Shown here piece after piece: positions 10,006 to 25,065 of a DNA stretch of 64,000 nt. The DNA is from the human T2T-CHM13v2.0 reference genome, Homo sapiens. The translations under genes were made by a program, and so were the position numbers. Where the stretch lies: assembly GCF_009914755.1 (NCBI RefSeq), contig NC_060940.1. One strand, written 5' to 3'. The stretch's first letter is position 1. Each line of letters starts with the position of its first letter. The notes under the pieces were generated by a model. The model was given only the letters and a program-made list of their open reading frames with translations. It was not told the DNA's origin and searched no databases.

Positions 10006-13000
10006 AAGCACACAGTCATGTATCTTTTACTCATCTCATCCAAATAGACTTCTAACTACAGCCCTAACTCAAGAAATAAATTGCATTGATCTGGTATTTA
10101 AAATGGGGCAATCTTGAGTTTTTAGTGGGACGAGATACCAGAGGGAAATTACATCATTGCCAGTAAACTTCTCTCTCCACCCTGCTTTCGGTAATTTTTC
10201 CCACCTCTTCCTTTCAATTTGCAAAGTCAAGCAAGAGCCTAATGGAGAGAAATACATACCTATTATGCCCTGTACATGTTTTTGGCACCTAAAAAGTATA
10301 CCATTAGTAATTGGAAAAATTAGCCATAAAATCCATATTGACTAACATCGTGCCATTTCATTCAAAAATGATCATTCTATCCTGATCCAAATGGGCAGAA
10401 GCTCAAAAGGTGTAAGACATAGAATCCATGAAATTAATAAAATCACCTTGATTTTAAAACAGTTAGAAACTGCACTTCCACATTTACACTCTCATTTTCT
10501 CACCACCACTAGCATTCCAAATAAAAAATCAGTAGACTTGGGATGGGTTCTATACAACCACAAAATCTTAGATATTTTTCTGAGGACTAGAAGACTGAAT
10601 TTTCTCTGAACTCTGTTCTCAGAGGACATGAGTGTAAATGAGGGAAGAAAGGCATTTTGTTCAGTAGCAAAAGAACATTAGGTACCTGTTTGTCATGCTG
10701 CATTTATATTGCTTTTTATGTATTAAAAAAACCTTAGATTTTCCTGCTCTAGACTGATACGTCTGCCTGTAAAATTCTTGGAAAATAACATACCAGTTAA
10801 CACGCAACCAGTAACACCTCTGAAGGCAGCTAATTCTGAATTTAACTCTTCTTGTGACCTAAGTTTCCTTCTCGGGATTTTCATTCACATCCACAGTCTG
10901 AGTATTCCAAGGAAACTTTATCCTTCAAGCACCTTTTGTCACATTCTGCCGGGCTCTGCTAACTGTCCTAATCACATCGCCTGTGAATTGGATCCAAGGG
11001 GAGACAAGCACTATGTATGCCATTTGCTCATTGGCTCCATGAGAAAAATCAAACATGGACATTTTACTCCAATAAACCAATGTTTCCCAATGTTTTAAAT
11101 TGCTACCTGGAAAAGAAGTCGTGTAACTCCTTTTTTTTTTTTTCAAAATAGTGTCTGATGAAAGAGATCCCTTATATTTTTTATTTAGTTTTGGATTTCA
11201 CCTTAATCTCAACACATTTTGAAATGGCTCATTGAACTTCATTCTCTGAGCTCTAGCTCTCTAGAGGTCACAAGAAGGTCACTAGGATATTCTCTGAAAG
11301 CATCACATGAGATAAAAATATACAGATTCCACAGTTTCAACACTGTCATCAGGGACTCTAGCCCCCACGACACCAATGTGTGACAGAAAACGATCTCCCT
11401 TCTCCATCTAAAAGGTGAGCAGAGTCCAGACCAGGGCTCTGGTCTGTCCTTTGAAATAATCCTTGGTCCCTGTGGTGAATATGATGAAACATTGGTATCT
11501 CAGAGCCATTTTCCAATATAGTCCAAACCACTGGTCACCTCCAATGTCACTGGTCACAACCTCTTTATATTTAAGGACAGCATAGACTGGTCATGTTAAT
11601 CTGTTAATGATGTCTTAATGGCAACCCAAAATTCAAAGCCGACTTGAGGACACGATGGGGATCCCACCTGGCTAGATAGCACCATAGACTCCAGGTCTGC
11701 CTCCAAGTGTAGGGTGGGGAAGAAGGGTCTTTTCCTGCTTCTAGGTGCCAGGCCTAGGGTTTCTCCCACCTAGGGGGTCTAAGGAAGAAATGGATTTTCT
11801 CTTTCTGTTCATTGTATTTCATCATCTGATCACTGAAATGCTTAATGTGAGTTTTCAGAAAAAGTAGGGCAGATGATCAGAAAAAGTGATAAATGGCGGC
11901 TGCATTTCACACGGTTGTTTATAACAAACTAGTCTGAACTGCTGCACCAGGAGTCACAGTACAAGGGGGGAAATGTATGCAGGCAACAGGGAGTTAAGTA
12001 AATAAATTTTTTCTTTTCTTCGTCAATGTGTTTAGTTCTCTTCCTGCCAAGATTCATCTCACTCTGCTATCTTGTGAGAGACACATATGGTGCGGTGAAA
12101 TTGCCATCCAAGAAAGCATGTCCCAGCCTGTTGAGACATCATCAAATAAGATTAAAGCAAAGTAAAAATAAAAAGATAGAACGATTTTTTTTTCTTTTCC
12201 TTGTACAGAGAACATCTGATGAAAGCCACTGAGGTACTTGAATTGCTTCTAAAGGTTTGCAGCCATTTCTTTACTCTGGATGGTTAAGAAAAAGCCAGGA
12301 ATAACATGACAATATCTTCTTTGCATTCTCCAAGTTAGTGAAAAAAAAGTGCTTCATAATAAACCAGACGTATATGAATAAAATACCATCTTGCCTTCAG
12401 CACTTCAGTTGCAAATAGCACTTAAACGCGCTGTAGACAGACCTCAGTCTTCACTTTCCCGCCTTCTCTTTGCTTTCTACAGATTCAGACTTTTCAGGGT
12501 GGCATAGAATAAAACTTTCATTTTTAAATATTAGTTATTAAGATTCCTTTTATGGCAAACTGTGGCTAATTTCTGGCTTTCACAGACCTCGGAATGGGAA
12601 GGACTGAGTTTCATCTTCAGCCCGTTGGTGGTCATATTTTCCTGCGGTGGCTGACACACTCAGGAGGCGTGGGATAGAAGGTGACAGCTTCTGCTACTCG
12701 GTGTCCCTGCAGTTGCCAGCCTCCCAGGGACTCTGCTCACCTAGGAAGGTACAGCTTCCCTTATTCTCGCCACCTGATTCCATTAGGCCCAATGTCTACT
12801 AGGCCGGGATATTATAAATAGACCTGACCTTCCTCAGTGTCTCTGTACCTGGAAATACCCTGCTGGTACGGGTATGAGTTAGCTAGACGACTATCACGGC
12901 CAACTCCAGAAGGCAGCATCTTTCCCACCCAATGCCCCCTAAGTGAAGACTTACAGTCATATCCAATTTCTTTCCCTATTCCCTTTTATCTTTAAGAATC

Positions 13001-13065
13001 TGCTAGCTTTGGGAGAATTTATGAAGGGAGCGGGAGGTGGGGGAATCCACATGCCACTCTCTTAA

Positions 13066-13390
<325 letters not shown>

Positions 13391-13485
13391 GCCATGTTTG
13401 TATTTTTAAGAGGCTCTCTGCCCCTCCGCTTCCCTCCCCAGTGGGATTTCAGGAAGTACTGTAAACTCTTTGAAAGGATGCAGTT

Positions 13486-13790
<305 letters not shown>

Positions 13791-14750
13791 AAGGATGCAG
13801 TTACGAGGTAAACAATACCATGCTTCATATGGGAGGGGGCCCAAAGCCAGGCTTTGAAATTAAATTACATTTTGTTTAAGTGTCTAGAGAGGGAGGGTGG
13901 CAGGCAGTGAAAGACAAGCATGTCCCTTTCTTAAATGCAGACACAGTGTTTTCTGTGATGTGAAGTCAGTTTGTGTTTCTAAGCAGAGATGAGGAAGCAG
14001 CCGGAGCATTTGTTTGCAAACCGTTCTAGGTAAGGTTTACAAGATCTTGTTTCCGATGTGCGGCCTTAATTGGACCTCTGGAAAGCAACAATGCATCAGT
14101 GGAAGAGATTATCACTGGCCTTAATAAGCTGTTGTTGGCTTTCATAACAGCCACTGCCTAAAATGAGGCACACCGAGCCCAGAGACAATCTTACCAATTG
14201 CCTGGAGCAAGGATTAAAGCAACAAGGATCCGAAGGAGAGAACGAAAGGAGTGGGGAGGGGGGTGGCGGAAGAAACAGGGGCTAATGTAAAATCGTTTCC
14301 ATATTAACCTTCTTCCCTTCTGACAATGGTCAAGTTCTGATTCAAAATACAAATTATCTCCAATTACTTCAAAAGAGGCAGTCAGAGAGCTGTCATTTAA
14401 CCTTCACCATCTGTTTGCTTCAAAAGAAAGCGGTACAGCCTGCCACATTGACCTCAACTTTCCCTCAGAGCTCTGGACGGCACCAAAGATGGAAGCTTAT
14501 TGTCCTCTGAAGAAAAATCTACTGGGGTTTTCAGGGTGGCAGGGAAGCATGGGGAGGGTTAGGAAAGAGGATAAAAAGGATAGATGTTACAGGGGGACCA
14601 AAGGAAGGAGTCCTAGGGGGTGACCTAGCTCAAGCTGAGGTGATGTCTAGAGTGGAGTGGGGGGCTTACCCATCCTGGTCTTCTTTACTCAACATCCTCC
14701 ACTAGAGGATGTGGTTTAAAATAAGATTGGCTTTAAGAAGGCCTCAGTGA

Positions 14751-15151
<401 letters not shown>

Positions 15152-15268
15152 TCATGGGAGGCCAACAAAGGTTGCCTGGTACAATCAAAGAAGCAAGATT
15201 GAAAGGCCAAGGAGAGTAGCGCTTTGGGAAAATAAACAATCTGTTAGTACTGTACTATTAGACCCTTG

Positions 15269-15815
15269 TGTTACAGGAAACTAGTCCGGACCCAGACCTC
15301 AAGAGAGGATTCTTGGATCTCACACAAGAAAGAATTCAGGGCGAGTTCGTAAAGTGAAAGCAAATTTATTAAGAAAGTAAAGGAATGAAAGAATGGCTGC
15401 TCCGTAGACAGAGCAGCCTGAGGGCTGCTGGTTGCCCATTTTTATGGTTATTTCTTGAAGATATGCTAAACAAGGGGTGGATTATTCATGCCTCCCCTTT
15501 TTAGACCATATAGGGTAACTTCCTGACATTGTCATGGCATTTGTAAACTGTCATGGTGCTGTTGGGAGTGTAGCAGTGAGGACGACCAGAGGTCACTCTT
15601 GTCGTCATCTTGTTTTAGTGGGTTTTGGCCAGCTTCTTTACTGCGAACTGTTTTATCAGCAAGGTCTTTAAGACCTGTATTTTGTGCCGACCTCCTATCT
15701 CATCCTGTGACTTAGAATGTCTTCACTGTCTGGGAATGCAGTCCAGTAGGTCTCAGCCTCATTTTATCCAGCCCCTATTCAAGATGGAGTTGCTCTGGTT
15801 CACACACCTGTGACA
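15269..15815 (-). mobile_element. MER41A solo LTR (ERV1)
   Basis: TG...CA termini, 4-bp TSD CTTG, 547 bp; minus strand begins TGTCACAGGTGTGTGAACCAGAGCAACTCCATCTTGAATAGGGG; lacks the MER41B GAS-containing insert. Confidence 0.88.
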
Positions 15816-16650
15816 CTTGGATGGGCTAAAAAATGAAATCTACCTGCTCAACCAAAACCCCCAAAAGCACACCATTCTGGAGCCTCTCTGTGGAAGCACG
15901 ACATCTCAGTCTGCATCAAAGCAATTATACCTCAGAAAACCAAATTCCATCATCTACAGGGGTCCCGAATGGGCCTTCCCTCCTTCGGAAATCTAGCAGA
16001 GTTAAAGGAAGAGAGAACAGCAGTTTATGAAGATGTCCCAGGACAAGACTGAAAGCACCAGTAGGGAGAATGGCTTCCCAACAGGCCACAGTGAAATAAT
16101 AGAGTGCAAATTTCTAAATGCCTGCATTTTATGGGAGATTTCTAATGTGTGTGCCCACGTACATTATATTATTTCCACTACCTCTGATCTTTATTTTCCA
16201 TTTTACAGCCCACTGAATAACAGGTTTTTTCAAGAGAGAAAGAAAGAAAACAGATCCCCTATAAATGAGGACAACTTTGACTCGTAAACAGTTCATGCGC
16301 TCAGAGAGGAAAGGCACCTGGTACTTTCTAAAGGAAAGCACCTCCAAATACCAGCACCATGTGGTGGGAGGGCAATGCTTTGCCTTATCAAATGGTACTG
16401 AAGCTTGAGGTCTGTTTCTACCACCACGCCTGGAGTAACTGTCAGGGCCTCTTATTTCTCATAGCCAAAGCAGATGGGGGACAAGTCGATTAAACACAGA
16501 AAGCTGCAGTGCTGTTATTAAGCAGTATCAGCACGGCAATGACGGCTGGAGGGACCACGGTGAAGGGCGAAACCTAAACCTCCAAGGATGGGCTCTGCAT
16601 TCACCTAAAGCCCCTCCCCCCACACGCACATACACAGAAGAAAATGACTC

Positions 16651-16945
16651 TTTTTTTTTTTTTTTTTTTTTTTGAGACAGTCTCACTCTGTTGTGCAGGC
16701 TAGAGTTCAGTGGCACCATGTCGGCTCACTACAACCTCTGCCACCTGGGCTCAGGTGATTCTCCTGCCTCAGCCTCCTGAGTAGCTGGGATTACAGGCAC
16801 CTGCCACCATGCCCAGCTCACTTTTTTTTATTTTTAGTAGAGACAGGGTTTCACCATGGTGGCCAGGCTGGTTTTGAACTCCTGACCTCAAGTGATCTGC
16901 CCGCCTCAGCCTCCCAAAGTGCTAGGATTACAGGCATGAGCCACC
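16651..16945 (-). mobile_element. Alu (older S/J type)
   Basis: PolyT and dimeric Alu body. Confidence 0.93.
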
Positions 16946-16981
16946 TCCTCCTCTCCCTTCTCTGCTCCTTAAGCACTCCTC

Positions 16982-17357
<376 letters not shown>

Positions 17358-18559
17358 TGATGGCATTAGCTGTGCAACACTGGGCTTTGATGAAAGCACC
17401 CTCTTTCAGATCTTCTCTCAGGCCTGTTCATCCCTTCCAAGTTCAGCTTAGAAGATACTGGGCCACCTAATGAGTTGTCAGAAGAGCGAACAATGGAAAT
17501 GAAGGTGCACATCCCTCTCTCGGGTCCGGTTGCTGCATCTGATATAAGCCACTGTCTCTGATGGGTATCTGCCCTTTCACACACGCTTCCTTGCTGGCCA
17601 GTGCAAATGTTCTATATTTGAGTCAAACATAGAAGACGACACGGCAGAACTTCTTGGAATAAAGAGGTCTTTGGCGGACTCTGGCTGTACCCTGTCTCTC
17701 TCTCTCTGCCACCGTCCCCTCCCTGGTAAGGGAGGTAGGGACAGTGGGAAAATCATTAAGCAGCAGCATCTGGACCTGATTAATTAACTAGCTGGAGCAT
17801 CTGCAAACGTGTCAGGCCTGAGCCTAGGACAAAGTCCTGTGAGCAGGTTTGTGTTCAGGAAGGGAACCGGCTGTTACATTTTATAAGACAAATATTATCT
17901 GTTCTTCTTCCAGGATGCTTGTTATTAAAAGCTGGATTTAATAGAAGAATTAAAAGGGCTTGTTTCACTTGACATTTCATCTACTAAAGACCTGAGGGGG
18001 GAAAAAAAACCCCAGTGCCTGATGATCGGGAGCTTGTCTGTCAAGTTCCTTCTCTGTTTTGCTTTCATTGTTTTCCATTGACTGGTTTTTGCACCAAATG
18101 TTAAAGTCATAAGATGCTGAAGATTTCCCAGTTACAGGAATCTTTTCAAGGACTATTTCAGAGACCGCAATGTGCAAGAGATGCTCAGTTTATTATTGCT
18201 AAGTAAATATCACACTAAAAATCCAGATCTTCCTCCTTCCGCCGCTGACATACAGGTAGTGGAGGAAGCAAAAAAGGACCCATTCTCAGGCCCATTTGTG
18301 TTCGGACTGGCTACCGGCTCCCTTCAGAAGTCGACGCCATTTTATCCTAAAGACACTGTCAGGGCTGACTTTTAAATGCTCTTTTGATGTCAAGATTCAC
18401 ACGGATTTGATGATCGTTTTCTACACTTAGGGCCCTGTCGCTCTTCTCTTATATTACCCCATCAAGTTGGTACTTCATAAAGCCTGAATCATCATTACTA
18501 TCATCTTAATTGCTAGGCGGGTTTGGGTGTAAATCCAGGTCTGGAGGATAAAATCCCTG

Positions 18560-18569
18560 GGGAATTCCC
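18560..18569. promoter_or_regulatory. Palindromic NF-kB site GGGAATTCCC
   Basis: Exact GGGRNYYYCC match; function not shown. Confidence 0.3.
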
Positions 18570-20264
18570 AGGTGCGAAGGGAGTGGCCCAGACTGGGGAT
18601 TCAGCAGCAGGCTGTGAACTACCTGATCAATAAATAGCACGTGGACTACACAAGTACTATCTGTGATTTAAAGATAAGATCTCCATAATCAGGAGATGGG
18701 AAGGGGATACAGCTGTGTTCTGGTTCAGAGCCTCCGAAATCTCACTTGTGTGAGTCGCTGCTACTTAATAGCACCTCAGGTCAAAGACAGGCCGAGTTAA
18801 AACACTCTGTGAGACTAGGAGGTGGTATTCTGTTCCTTATTTAAAAGACAGAGACCTTGGAAGATTTAGCCAAATAGGCAAAAAAGTATGAGATTAGTGA
18901 AAGGGAACAAACATAATCTAAATTGATCCCTAATTAGGGCCACCACATAACATACAGGAAGTATTATATAAAGAAATAATATGTTAAAATATTCAGTAAA
19001 AAGATGTTCTGTATTTGGGACAAGCTTCTACTGAAAAGAAATTATTTGTTGATTATCTGAAATACAAACCTAACTGGGTGTTCTGCATTTTTATTTGCTA
19101 AATCTGACAGTGCTGCACCAGATTTGAACCAGTATGATTTTCAGAGACAGGAGACTGAAATTCTAGAATTTTCCACTGACAGTGGACATTAGGCAGGTAA
19201 CGTTTTAAGTTTCCATCCGTGTGCAGATGGGAACTATGCATTAAGGTCATTCTGCATGAAATATCTGCATTTATGAATTTTTTAAAAAAATATTGTTTTA
19301 CCACTTTTACTGCATATACAATTATCTAAATCTCCAAAAATGAAAGAACCATTTCTAAGTAGAAGGCCTTAGAAAAGATATGCAGATAACAAGAGTTAAA
19401 TACTTACATATCAAATTTAATTAGCTCAAACCCTTAAAAACAGTTTAATTACTTTTGCTTTAAAATGCTCCACCATATTTTGCCACAGTCCAAATTTAGA
19501 AAATTAGTGGAAAGGTAACAGACACCTAAACTTTCTCTTAACAAGTCAACTTATCATAAATTTGGAATTTTTCAAGTTCAAAATAACTAGGGTTTATTAT
19601 TCTTATACTTTACTGAAGACAACTAACTCTCTCCCAGTGATTTCTTTCTCTTTTCCCTTCTGATTACAACAAAAATCCAGCTACCTAAAATAGGCTTATT
19701 CCTCAAAAGGAAACAAAACTGCCGAGTTCTATGACAATAATACTAATCAAAAGTCCATTTTAATTGTTCCGGGCCCTCATAGTGTATTTGATCTGTCTCT
19801 GTGGGCATCAGGATGACTGGGCTAAGCTGTGGGGGCCTCCTCTCCACTCTGGAGCAGTTTTGCATTTCAACTTTGAAAAATGAAAAACCTGAATGCACCT
19901 AGGTTCCTAACTTGGGAAGAAAGTGCTGAAATAGATTTTGTTTAAAATAAAAGAGCTCTAAAAATCTACAGAGTAACTCTTTTGAGACAAGCGAATACAT
20001 GTTTTAGCATCCAAGTGGGATATAGTCATTAACATCCTCCTTCAAAGACAGTCTAGTCAATGTATCTGCTGCAGCAAAATATTTGGGATTTGGGCAATGC
20101 ATTTTGGATCTGAATATTCCCTAGGTTCTGCCAAGATAGCACCTACCCTAGGAATTTCTCTGTCAAAGTCGTCACTAAAATGTTCTAGACTGAAGGTTGT
20201 GCCCTGAAGTTCTGAATTGCAAAGGGCCACAGTGGTGTGTCCATCTTAAGAAGTGGCTATGAGA

Positions 20265-20591
<327 letters not shown>

Positions 20592-21100
20592 TCACTTGTC
20601 TCACCAGAGAAGGCAGAGATGATTTCTCCCTTTTGAAAGATGGCTTTAAAATGACATTGAGAGGGTCAAAAAAAAAAAGAACAGACAAAATTATTTGGAA
20701 ATAAAAAAGAGTACAGGCAAATCAAATGTTCCCATGTTTTTAAAAGCCTTTCTATGAAACTGGTCCTATTTATTAGTGGTGAAATACAAACCATGCTATC
20801 AAGAATCTTAAGGAAATGGATTGCTGTTAAGTGATACTTCAGAATCCACCCCCTAGCAAGGCTACTGCGCCATTACAGGAAGATAAGCAGAAAATCCTTG
20901 CCTCCCATAAGGGAAACCTTTGCTTGAAATACGTGTAAACCATTCAGTGGCAGTTCTAAAGCCAGTGATTCAAAATATTGCTCTGGAAAATTTCAGTTAA
21001 CCAGCAGTACCCAGGGTCTTTACAGACGAAAACAAAGACCAAGACTTTGTCAAGGGAGGAGGTGCTAAAGGAGGTGGGCAGCCTCTGAAAGTGCAGTCTT

Positions 21101-21120
21101 TTTTTGTTTTTTTTGTTTTG

Positions 21121-21163
<43 letters not shown>

Positions 21164-21452
21164 GTTTTTGTTTTGTTTTTGTTTTGTTTTTTGAGAGGGA
21201 GTCTCACTCTGCCACCCGGGCTGGAGCGCATTGGTGTGATCTCGGCTCACTGCAAGCTCTGCCTCCTGGGTTCACGCCATTCTCCTGCCTCCACGCCATT
21301 CTCCTGCCTCAGCCTCCAAAGTAGCTGGGACTACAGGCACGCGCCACCATGCCCGGCTAATTTTTATGTATTTTTAGCAGAGACGGGGTTTCACCGTGTT
21401 AGCCAGGATAGTCTTGATCTCCTGACCTCGTGATCCGCCCGCCTCAGCCTCC
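21101..21452 (-). mobile_element. 5'-truncated AluY-like element with compound (TTTTG)/(GT)n tail
   Basis: Perfect 16-bp TSD CTGAAAGTGCAGTCTT (21085-21100 and 21453-21468); first ~40 nt of Alu missing. Confidence 0.93.
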
Positions 21453-22907
21453 CTGAAAGTGCAGTCTTAAAGGTCCAATTTTTACACTCATTAATATTAC
21501 ATGTAATAATCTACAGTATTAGGGATGTGATTGGTTCCTGCCTGGCTCTGTGTTGCGTGAAACAGCAATAATCTAAGTACAACATCACCTCCTATCCTCC
21601 CACCCTCCACATCCTGCAGTCCCCCATCCCTGCCCTTCTACCTGTCAAAATGCAGAAGGAAACTGATTACCACCTGGAACAGGTTATGCTCCTAGCCTTG
21701 CGTTCTTAGAACATTTTGTTTTGGAGTCCTAGGATTCTTTTTATCAAGAGAAAAAAAATTTTAAAGTATAGACAATATCCTTGAGGAGTTTGTAATCTAG
21801 GTGGGAAGGCAAAACACCCAAAGAAAAATGATGCAATAATAGCATCTTGGATGAAGACTGCTAGATCAACTTCTCAAGGGACTCAAAGCATTTCTTTAAA
21901 ATTTCTTCATAAAAAAGAAGCAAGTGAATGAGTTAATTCAAAAATGGCTTCAATTGAAATCCAAAGCAGGACACACACTAGGGATAGACCATAGGCCAAG
22001 CCTAACTATGGTTTTGTCGCTAGGTCAGAGCAAGGACTAGCGAGGGTGAGGGAGTGTTTGCTTCCTACCTGTCACAAGTCTCCATCTAGATGTGTAGAAA
22101 ACATTTGACCTCTGGGTTTTGTTCAGCCTCTCCCTATCCTGAGTTTGTGGGAAATAGACGGCCACGTATCATGGTCACCATCATCCTCGCTCTCTGCATA
22201 ACCCCAGGTGCCCTGGGCCAAGGGTTTGGTGCCTGCAGGCTTGCTGAGCCACAGCTTCCGCCGATTCCATGCTTTGACCCCACGCTGGGGTTTACATCCC
22301 AGTTCTCATCCAAAATGCTAGCCCCTGCTTCATCTCCATTATCCCTCGGTTCTATCCCTTCAAGATGGGCCTTGCTTTCTCTACGCTCAAATTATATCAA
22401 GCATCCTAAGATGTAAGTTCCAGCATCACTACATGGGATTCCAGTTATTGCCACCATTATCTCAAGACTCTGGCTCCTTGACTGCCTCTCTTCCACCCAT
22501 CTTCCTGCATCCCTACCCCAGCCAGAGCAAACTCTGTACAAACAAGGGCATAGCTCAGACCCAACATCCCCCTGTATTCTATAATCAGGCCCTCTGGCCA
22601 CCCTGAGCATTAGAACTTCCACCGGCTCTGTTTTCCAGCCTGACCCACTCCTACTCCCTATACTTCAAAATTGTACCACTGAGGTCTCTACACCTAGTGT
22701 TCAAGTCTGCTCAGGTTATAAAAATTAGATGGTAAATTTTCCAAAATGCTGTCATCTCCACGTCATGTTCTTAAATGCTGGTAGCTATGCAATGTATTTA
22801 ACTTTGAGGTGTCTCTTTGTTCTCTTAGGAAAAAAGCAAACTGGAATAGATGGGTTTGGGGATGCCTCTAAGTCGTCATGCTTTCTGAGTAGTAAGAAAC
22901 AGTATGA

Positions 22908-23203
22908 GGCCAGGCACGGTGGCTCATGCCTGTAATCCTACCATTTTGGGAGGCCAAGGCGGGCAGATCACCTGAGGTCAAGAGATTGCGAAGAGCATGG
23001 CCAACATGGTGAAACCCCATCTCTACTAAAAATACAAACACGTAGCTGGATGTGGTGGCACATACCTGTAGTCCCAGCTATTCGGGAGGCTGAGACAGGA
23101 GAATCGCTTAAACTCAGGAGGTGGAAGCTGCAGTGAGCCGAGATAGTGCCATTTCACTCTGGCCTGAGCAACAGAGCCAGACCCCATCTCAAAAAAAAAA
23201 AAA
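22908..23203 (+). mobile_element. Alu (AluSx/Sz-like)
   Basis: Full dimer with A tail. Confidence 0.95.
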
Positions 23204-23473
23204 GACATTACCCTCAAATATTTGCATCTGATGATAATTCTAAGGAAGTAGTGAGGTTCTACAAAACTTATCAATTTTACTCTTTAGTTTCACATTGATG
23301 GCATCAGGAAGAAAACCCCGATGAATTCTTCAATGGCCTCTGGTCCATTCTGTAACGTAGAACTTCTAAAACTCAAGAGTAGTAACTTGGACACAAGGTG
23401 GTGCTAAGGGGTAAAAAATTAACTGTGCGTCCTTTTCCCGAAAGGTTACCTCGAATACTCAAGGTTTTCGGGG

Positions 23474-23660
23474 CACTTAATAGTTTACAAATGTTTTCAC
23501 ACACATTGTCCTGTTTATTCCTCAGACTCAGCTAGTCTCGTGTTCTAAATATATAAATGAGAAAAATAAGGTCCCCTTAGGTTGTGTGACTTGTCCAAGA
23601 TAACTCAGCCCAATCTGGATCTCCCTTCTAAGTCTAGGTTTAGTGCCTTTTTTTACTCTC
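23474..23660 (-). mobile_element. MIR (degenerate)
   Basis: AATGAGAAAA...GTGACTTGTCCAAGATAACTCAGC resembles the MIR core. Confidence 0.5.
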
Positions 23661-24534
23661 CTACACAGGTTAGTCCCTTTTTTATGTGAAGTAAGAATTC
23701 TCAATAGGGCTTCCATCAACATCTGCCAAGCTAGGGAGTTCTGAATGCACCGATGCAACTTACATCCTGTGCCTCACTCGTGTTGCTAGTCAGGGGACCA
23801 GTGGGGTCTTGGTGACTCTCTCTGTGTTCTCAAGAATCCTTGGCCAAATTCTAGGATTTAAAAAGTAACACATAAAAATTTGGGCCGGGATGGGGGGGAT
23901 CCCAAGGAGAAAAGATGAGTTCTGACGATACTTGGATTTAGATCCACCTGGGTAGAAGACCCCTGGTCTAAGCTTCCTGCTCATGCAGAGCTGTGGCAAT
24001 GCTGTAGAAACACTAGCCTGAGGCTCCCAGAGCACCCTCTCCTGGTGCAGCCTCATCTCTCTCCTGATAGGGCTGAAGGTCTGTCTCCACATGCGGGCAG
24101 GAAGGCCCTGGTCCCACCAGTGCCTTCATAGCCATGTGTCATATAAGCCAGACTGAGAGGCCTCTGCAGATGGCAAGGGAAAATCAGATGGCTTCTCCTG
24201 TTGAGATGATCTCCTCATAGACCTAAAATACCCACAATGGGTGGTACATTTCTGGCTGTATGAGTTTCCCAGAGCTGCCATACCAAATTCCCACAAACTC
24301 AGTGGCTTACTGAGTGTATTGTCTGATAGTTCTGGAAGGCAGAAGTCTGAAATCAAGGTATCAACCGGGCTGATTCCTTCTGGAGGCTCCGAGGGAGAAT
24401 TCATTCCATGCCACACTCCTAGCTTCTGGTGGCTCCGGTGTCCTTTGCACTCCTTGGCTTTGTAGACTCATCATCCCAATCTTTCTGCTTTTATGTGGTT
24501 TTCCCCAGTGTCTCTGTGTGTCACACATATTCCT

Positions 24535-25065
<531 letters not shown>

